A stretch of DNA of 64,000 bases, from NCBI GenBank assembly GCA_964019335.1, contig OZ025756.1, positions 1 to 64,000 of the forward strand. Reading direction: 5' to 3'. This stretch comes from Diplonema japonicum. Lineage: Eukaryota; Protista; Euglenozoa: Diplonemea. Shown piece by piece: positions 43,901 through 52,900 of the stretch. The notes beneath the pieces are model-generated. The model was given only the letters and a program-made list of their open reading frames with translations, made no database searches and was not told the origin of the DNA. Both the position numbers and the translations under genes were made by a program. Position 1 is the stretch's first letter; the number at the start of each line of letters is the position of its first letter.

Positions 43901-46900
43901 AGGGCTTGCTCGCCACCGCCCTCCTGATCCCGGAGGTGTCGTAGCCGACAGCGATGTGCGCTTTGAACCGGAAGGCCCCGTAGATGTCAATCGTGATCCA
44001 CGGCCCCAAGGGGATCCAGAAGTCCACCACCACATCGATGTCGAGGGTTGGGGAGTTGATGATGAAGAGGTCCACGTCGTCCCCGGTGATCAGCTTCATT
44101 ATCCCACTCGCCGACAGGAAGGGAAGGTAGAACACCTTCCCGGAGTCGGTGAGGGCCGTTAAGAGCTTCTTCATCTTGTTCGAGCCTTGGTTCGTCGCCG
44201 ACGCAGGGACCGCGTCCAGGTCTTCTAGGATCGCCGCCGACCTCGTCGAGGTCGCGAAGGTCCCGGGCCTCACCCCGCTGTACCTCGAGAAACCGTTGGC
44301 TCCCCCGATCTCAAAGTCCCCGAACTCGACCTTGAAAGTGTCGGGCGGGTTGGTGGCAATCTCGTCCACCACTTCGAGGATGAGCTTGATGAGGTCCAGC
44401 ATGTCTGAGATCGCCGTCAAATAGTCCAGCACTCCCGTCACGTAGCCGCGCACGGGACCCCCCGCTCCGAGGAGCCCGTTGATCAGCATCTCCGGGAGCT
44501 CGAACAGCGACACGTCCCGCTTCGCAATGTCCGAGATCACCGGGAGCGGCTTCCCCAAGGCGTCCAAGATCGGCGTCAGGGGCTTCAGGAGACCGTTCAA
44601 CTTCCCGAAGATTGGGTTCAGCAAGTCGCTCACGAACTTCCCGAGGTCCAAGGTCAAGTCCAAGATGAGGAAGGTCCCGGACATCACAGGCGGGGTCGTG
44701 ATCACTTTGAAGTTCGATGGGACCTTGGAAGGGACCCCCGTGGTTCCCGACTGGCTCGACGCCTTGCTCGCAGAGATCGTGTCGCTCACCCCGAGGTAGG
44801 TGTACAGCCCAGCTGTGAAGCGAGGCATACCCTCCGCCCCCGCCACCCCGAGAACCAGGTCCATCTCCATGGTCGCCGCGAACTCGTACGACATGCTGAG
44901 GAGCTTCTTGCCACCAGCCTTGATCTCCTTGAAGGTGAGGTAGTTGTCCGCGTCCATGTCCCCGACGTCGATCGACAGGCTCCCGAACAACCTCGTCGCA
45001 TCCTCCCTGTTCGTTACCGATGCCTCCAAAATGATCAGCTTCCCGCTGATCTCCAGGTCGGGGAAGGAGAGTCCGGCGAAGACCTCCGCCTCCGTGTGCT
45101 CCACGTTCAGGTAGAAGCCCCGCGTCAAAGACATCCCGAAGAAGAGGCGGAACCTCCAGCCGATGAGGAGGCGGACCCCCGTCGACATGTTCAGCTCCAG
45201 CGGGATCTTGTCGTCCAGCCCGAGGTCGAACTCGAAGGCGTCGTTGAACTCGTCCGTCGTCCCGAGGAGCACGTTCCACTCCACCGCGTCCGCCTCTGAC
45301 AAGTCCGCGTCGTCGTTCAAAATCCTCGTCACGGGGTCCAGCACCTCCTCCGTCATGTCCGACCCGTCCTCCCTCCGTACCTTGATCTTGATCGCCGTCT
45401 CGTCCACCGCCTGCTCCTCCGTCTCTGCGTCCAGAAGGATCCCCATCTCCGTGTTGAAGAGGGTGTTCAGAACCTGCGCCAGGAAGGTAGCCATGTTGTT
45501 GTTCTTGTCCTTGCACTCCGCCGCCGACCCGAGGCAGGAAACGTCGTTCATGAAGGTCTCGATCTTCGTGATGAGCTGCTCTTGGAACCGCTTGATGAGC
45601 TTGCTCGCCAACCCTTCCCGCAGCTTGTCCCCGATCATCGGAATCGCGATCTCCCCCAACAAACCCTCCGTTCCGGTGATCGCCAGGTCGATCTTCGTCA
45701 GCATAGAACGGATCCCGTTGATCATCGCCTCCTTGTCCGTCAACAAAACCTTGATCGGGCTTACATCGACGAACTTTCCCCCGAGAGTGTTGAAGAGGTT
45801 CTGGATTGCGTCCCCCTGCACCACCACGAGGCTGCTGAGGTTTGTGTCGGGGGTCCTCTGCATGAAGCTGCTGAGGGAGGGGATGCTGAAGGCAAGCGGT
45901 TCATCGGGGAAGATGCTGAACGCCAGGCTCACCCCTGCCTTCCCCTCCAACTCGATCCCGAAGCCGTCGATGATGCTCGAGATCGCCCCTGCGCCGCCGA
46001 GAGGGTAGTTCACCCCGTCCGTCAAGGAGAAGGAGAAGGTCGCAGGGTTTGCAGACTGCACCCCGGGAACACCGTCAGCATCGATGGAGATGGCCGCCTG
46101 GTCGATCCCAAACTCGAAGGGTCCGAGCATCACCTGCAGCTCCCCAGACGCGCTCGCCCACACATCGACGAACAGCCCCGTCCCTCCCCCGATGAAGAGC
46201 TGCGGAGGGTTCGTCATGGTCGCCCCGACCTCCAAGGAGAGCCTCGCCTTCCCGGAGAAGGTCATCCTCACCTGCCCGCTCACGTCGACCATGTCCGTCA
46301 GTCCCTCCAGTCCCGCTGCGGCGATGTCCACCCCCGCGAGGTTCATCAAATCCAGCAGGTCCAGCTCGAACGACAGGTCCAGCGCCGGCGCCTCCAGCTC
46401 GTAGTTCAGCTTCGTGATGATTGCGTTCGCCACCGTGTCCCACTCGAACTCCAAAAGGCACGACTTGTAGCAGTCGTCCCGATCCTCGTCCGGCGGAAGC
46501 TTCAGCACTCCTTCGATGAGATCCTCCACCGCGTTCAGGTTCCCAGACTCCAACCCCGCGAGCACCGTCTCAACCTCCGCGAGGAGGGTCTGGATCTCCG
46601 TGATAGCCTCCCCAGCGGTGAAGCCAGCGATCGGGATCTCTTTGTCCAGGAGGCCTGCGATTCCGGTGCTCCCCACGATCCCGCTGATGGATTGGGGGAC
46701 GTCGTTCGACCCGAACACGATGTCCACCCCGGTCCGGATCAGCCCCACGATCTCCGACAGGCTCAGGTTCCGCAGGTCCGAGAGGTTGGGGAGGGTCGGA
46801 GCCTCCACGTCGACCACAAAGTTCGACCCGTTCGGGAGGGCGAAGTTCTCGGCGAGGGCCACCGTGTAAGGGGGGTCCAGGTACATCTCGAAGGCCGCCG

Positions 46901-49900
46901 GAACGGACCCGATCCCGGGCACCCCGACCCTCACATCTGGGGCCGACAGGTTGCACCCCAGGGTTGCGCTCGCCGAGATCAGGCTGAACGGGTCTTCCAG
47001 GAGCGCCGCCCTCATCTCCTGCAGGGTGATGGTCTTCCCGTTCGTCCCGATCGCCGCCTCCAGGTGCACGCTGATCTCGCCGCTCCCGTCGTACGCTGCC
47101 GCCTCCAGCACCGCGAAGGTCGCCGACATACTGAGGTCAGACACCTTCAGCGCCACATCCCCGGTGAAGGCGACGTTCCTAAACGCGGGCTCGAAAAGCT
47201 GCGTCTTCACCAGCTCGTTCCCCAGACCCGTCGCCGCCTCGAATGCAGCCGACACTTTCGTCTCCAACCTCGTCGCTCCGAAGGTCTGGATCAAAAAGGT
47301 CTCCCCGAAGGTCAGCACCTTGATCGTTTTCCCTGTCGCGCTGAGGGCTGCAGACACCACCGCCAGCTTCGCCTCGAGCTCGTCGATGAAAACGGTCTCC
47401 TTCTCGAGGGTGACCGGGTAGGCCACCTTGTCCACCAAGACCTCCAAGCTCAGCGTTTCCTCCGTCGTAAAGTTCAGCGCCCCGGCGCTCGGGGTCCCCA
47501 GCACCGACAGATTCCCAGCCGAGGCCCCGAGGCGCACACCGAAGTCGAAGCTCAGGTCCATCTTCGTCTCCAGAACGAAGTCTGCGCTCGCGTCCACCTC
47601 CAGGAGAGGCTCCACCTCAGCCCCGAGAGCCAGCGACACCGCGGGGCTTGGGAGCACCAGAGGAAGCTGCGCGTGGATCATCAGCTCCCGCTTGTTGTTG
47701 TCTGTCAGACCAGTCTCCGCGTCCACGTACGCCTCGAAGGTCACCGAGACCACCTGTTCGTCCAGCCCCAGCGCCACCGCCAGCACCTCCACCAGCTCGG
47801 GAACGTTGTTGAAGGCGGGCACCCTCGGAACGCTCACGAGCGCCCCGTTCTCCAGCCCGAGCACCGACACCACTCCCGCCTCCTCCGAGTCGTTGTACGC
47901 TGTCTTCCCGGTCTTCCTCACGCTCACGAAGGTCTCGAGGTCCGTCGCCTGCACCGCCGCGAGGGTGCACAGCTCGATCGCTTCCTCTCCCCCGTCTGCT
48001 TTCTTCACCTCCACAGACTTGTGCAACCCAGCTTGGTAAAGCGACCCGTTCACCGAGCTAACGATTTGGTCCATCGTCACGGCCGACGCCAAGGCAGCCT
48101 CGTCGAGGCTCAACACGGTCGCGTCCCCGAGGTTCAGGGCGATCGCCAGCACCTTCCTGTCCAAACTGCTCAGGTAGGCCAGCGAGTCGTTGTTCCCTGA
48201 AACGTTCCACTCCGGGAGGAAGGCGTTCCCGCTGATGCAGATGGACAGCGACTGCCTGTCCGCCGCGGGCTGCGGCTTCACCAGCTTCGCCGTCAGCGAC
48301 GCGGTGAGCTCGTCCGTGAAATCGAGGATGTCTCCGAGGTCGATGTCCGTGAGGGGCACGGGGAGGTCGAAGACGGGCGAGGTCCGGAACTCTCCGAGGA
48401 AGTTTGCGAGGCCTCTCAAGACCCCGAGAACCTGCATCGGTCCGAACCCCCTGAAGTCGAAGAGCCTGGCCATGTTCTTCGCCTCGATGCTCGGCCCCGG
48501 CGGTGCGAAGACCTCCGTGTCCTTCACGCAAATCTGAGGGGTCTCCCCCGTCCCCCCCGCGAGCTGCCCGAGGTCCGCGCCCCCGATGCTCGCCGTGAAC
48601 GGGAGGCACGCGTCCAAGCTCCCGCTCCTCTGCACGCTGAAGCCCCCGAACATGTTGAGGGGCACGTACCCCCCGTTCGCAACGCTCCCCTCGAAGCCCA
48701 CCGTGAGGTTCCCGCTTCCGTTCGACACGGAGGCCGCCAAGATCCCCACTTTTACCGACGCATCTACCTCCGCGAGTACCTCCATCGTCGCCTTGAAGTC
48801 CTTCACCGCGACCGAGATGTCGCTCAGGGTGACGTTCGGGAGGCCCGCCGACGCGTCCACCTTCAGCCCCATCCCGAACGAGAAGTCGATCCCCACCTGC
48901 AGGAACCCTGTCCCCGTGAACTCAAAGTCATCTTCATCAATGAGCTCCCCGATAGGCGGGGTCACCGCGATCTCGAAGCGCCCGTTCAGCGCCACCTCCA
49001 TCTGAAACTCTCCCCCCACCTGCCCAACGTCGATGCTGAAGGGGGGCACCCCCTCTGCCGCCACCACAGCCACCCTCGTCAGGTTCTGCATCTTCTCCTT
49101 GTTGACGGCGAGGAGCTCCCTTGCGGTGGGGCAGGCTGCCCCCTCCGTCGACACGCAGTCCGGGTACCGCTCCCGCAGCAGGCTCTCCAAAGGGTCCTTC
49201 CAGTCCAGGAAGTCCCCCCAGTCAGGGCCCTGTCCCTCCGATTTCAACAGCCCGTTCAGCGACCTGTTCACCAAGGGGATCGTCTCGTCGAAGGCGCTGA
49301 TCCCGCGGACCGTGTCCGCCGCCGTCGACAGGGTGCTCAGCCCCTGCTGCAGCACCGCCACGAGCTCTCGCGGAATCGTCACGTCCACCGAAAACTTCGG
49401 CGCTGTCGAGTCGAAGAGCGCCGGGTCCGCCACCTCGATGATCACGCTGTTGCTCCCGAGGACCCCTCCCGTGATCGGGACCCTCGCATCCAGGCTCCCC
49501 TTCATCGCGAGCGAGTTCACCAGCGGGCTCAGGGAGAACCCCACGTTGTTCTGCCCGTCCACGATCACCGCAGGCGCCTCCTCCGAAGCGCTCGACGACA
49601 CTCCGAAGTTGAAGTCCAGCTCCGCCCCGTTCAGCTCGAACTTGAAGTCGTCGGAGCCGAAGTCCAGGCTTGCGTCGTAGTCCACGAGAGCGATCTGCAC
49701 AGCGAAGCCCAAGCCTTTCACTTGCGCGAACACGGTCGGCGCCGACCCGGAGCTGATCAGATCCGTCACGTCCAGCCCTGCCTCCATCTTCAGCTGCATC
49801 GAGGCGGACAGGGTGAGCGCGCTGTCTAGATCGGGAAGGATGTTGTCCAGCCCCTGCCCGATCGTCCCCACCGACTGCACCACGCTGTCCGAACCCACGA

Positions 49901-52900
49901 GGTCCAAAATTCCCGACAGCGCTCCTTTCAGGGCAGTGAGGAGATCCGAAGGGGTCGCCGAGGCAGCGAAGTCCAACTCGAGCGTCAGCGCCAGCTTCGT
50001 CCTTCCCGCCTCCATCGTCACTCCTGCCTCGAAGGAGACGGGCCCCACCGTGATCCCGAGCTCCATCCCGTTCAGGAGGCGTTTCTGCAGGTAGCGCACG
50101 AACCCTGCCACCGTTGGGTTTCTCCCGAACAAAGCTTCGATGTCTGCGAGGGTCACACCACCAGAAGTAGCAGAAATCCCCAACATAGTCCCCAGCTCAG
50201 GGAGGAAACTTTTGAAAGAAAAGACCTCTCCCGTGAGCGAGTCCATCGGGAGGTTCGAGGTGCCGCTCACCGACGAGAAGCGCGAGAACAGGCTCGGGAA
50301 CCGTATCAATAGCATGTCGAAGACGGCCTGCTGGAAGCCGGTGTTGTCCCCGAGGGACGCGGTCGCCGACCCGATCACCACGCTCAGATCGTTCAGGTTG
50401 AAGGTTGCGGCGGTAACCCCGAGCTTCTCCTTCATCTCCGAGAGGTAGGTGAGGGGGTTGAAGCGCAGGCCCGAGGCGTCGATGGGGAACCCCTCTCCGT
50501 CGAGGCTGTCGAACCCGCTCACCCCCGACAGCCTCTTCAGGGCGAGGGCCATCTTCTTCGACAGGGTAAAATCGGGGTGGAGCGACATGAAGCGCGCGAG
50601 GCTCGTCACATCCCAGCTCTTGTCCGCGGAGGCGATGGTCGGGGAGAGCTCATAGAAGTACTGGAAGTGGCTCAGGTAGTTCAGCACATCAAAAACCTCG
50701 CTGTTCTCCGTGTCCAGGAGCCCTGCGTCGAAACGCCCAAAGAGCGAGGGCATCGTCTCCGTCATCTTGGCCAAGATGTTGAGCTGGAAATCGGTCGTCT
50801 TCAGAAGCTCCGTCGCCGCAGTTGTGTCAATGGTGAGGTCCATCGAGAGCCCGCCGCTCAGCTCCCGGAACAAGGACAGGAGCGTCACATACTCGTCAAA
50901 GACGGTGAAGAAGTCCACCTTCCCCTTGAAGCCCGACAAGATCTTCCCCACACCGGGGATGGACGACAGCGAGGGAATCGGGATGTCCACCTCCGCAACC
51001 CCGTTCAGAAGCTCCCCCAGCTGCGTTGTCACCTCCTTGAAGAAGTCGGTCCGGCTCCCCGAGTGCCCGGTCACTTCGCCCTTCCCGCGCGGAAGGCTCG
51101 GCACCAGCACGCTCAGGTCCAGGTCCAGGGAGAAAGAGGGGAGGCTCGCGTTGTTCAAGAGCGCCGTCTGGTGGAGCTCCACCACGGGAATCAAACTCTT
51201 GTCCCCGGTAAAGCCCGTCGTCAGCTCTATCGGGAGAACCACGTCGATGCTCGCGTAGGGGACCACCCTCAGCTGCTTCAAGAAATCCAAGATCGCTGTC
51301 GTTCCCCCGGTTTGCAGCTGCAAGAGAGTGATCTCCGTCACCGACTCCACGTCTGTTGTCACCGCGCTGGTCGGGTCATCGGTCACGCTCCCGTCGTTGT
51401 CGTTGTTGCTGCTCCCAGAGAGGTCCGCGTAGAAGCCGAGCCCCACCTTGAACAACCCGTCGTTCAACCCGAGCTTGATATCTCCAGGAAGGACCGCCTC
51501 GAAGTTGATCGGGTCCAACCCGATGTTCACAACCGCCTTCACCTCGTTCACCCGCATGAATGAGTTCAGCGCGAGGGCCTTACCGGTGAGCACCCCGTCG
51601 TTCACGAACTGCGTGTTCAACCCGAGCGTTACGTCGATCACCGCCGAAGCCTCGAACGCCATCTCCGCCGAGAAGTCGGGAACGTCGAAGGACATCGCCC
51701 CGGGAGCAGACACCCCCAGGAGGTCGAACAGAACCTGCAGCTGCTCCATGTCGCCGATCGTTCCCTGCGCCATGTCCGTCAGGCTGAGAAGTGACTTGTC
51801 CGCAGACGCCTCGAGGCGCACGTTAAGGGCCACCTCGTTCGACTCCGGGTACCACCCGCCCGTCAGCACCACTCCGGAGGCCGCCATCGAGGTCTCCGTT
51901 TGCGGCACAGGGACTGCCTGCTTCAAGAACTCGCTGAGCCCCTTAAAGGTGGGGACACCGGAAACCAGACCGTCCCTGAACAGCAGGAAGTACTCCTCCG
52001 CCACAGGCCGCAGCTGCAACAGCGCGTTGAAACCGCTCACCAGCTGTCCCACCTCGGTCAGACCGGGAACGTTCACACCCGTCAACCCGAACTCGTTCAA
52101 AGGCAGGTCCACCTTCCCGAGCTGCTCCAAGAGTCCGAGCACCGTCTCCTCCATCCCGCTGATGTCCACGTCCACCGACACCTGCGGTTTTTTTGTGGAG
52201 TCGAACACGTTGTCCGTTGTCACAGAGAAGATTGGAGAAGGGAGCTGTCCAGCGGGCGTCGTCCCGACGTTCAAGGTCACAGGGAGCTGCGCCTCCACAG
52301 CCGCCGCCTTCGAGCTCACCCGCACCTCCGCCAGCCTGTTCACGAGGTCCGTCCCTCCCGTCGCACTCGGAAAGAAGAACGTCATCTTCCCTCCCTTCAC
52401 GCTGACGCTCCCTTCCACCGACGCAGACCCGACATCCTTCCAATCGATCGTGGTCGCCGCGAGCGCCGCTGTCCCGTCGAAGGTCGCCTCCGCCACCGGA
52501 AACGAAATCGCGACTGCACCATTCGCCTCGGGCTCCATGCTCACCGTGAGGTTGAAGAGTACCCCAGCCGTCCCGCTGAAGCTCAAGGGCCCTCCGAAGG
52601 TGCTGATCCCCAGGGAGGACAGGTCCGGGAGCGTGTCCAGGTCCGCCCCGTAGCTCACGGACACCTTCTTGTTCACTTCGAACGAGAGGGACAGCGTCCC
52701 CGTCTTCGTGTTTCGGCTGCAGCCAACCTTCACCTCGCTTCCTAGTGTCGACGAGATGTCCGCCACCAGCAGCTCCGACTCGCCGATCAGCAGGTCTTGG
52801 ATGGTGGTCGAGAAGTTGAGGCTCTGCATCGGAAACCCCAGCTCCGCTGCCGTCTGCACCCCACCCAGAAGCGACAGGGCCGTGCTCCCGACACGGCTTT

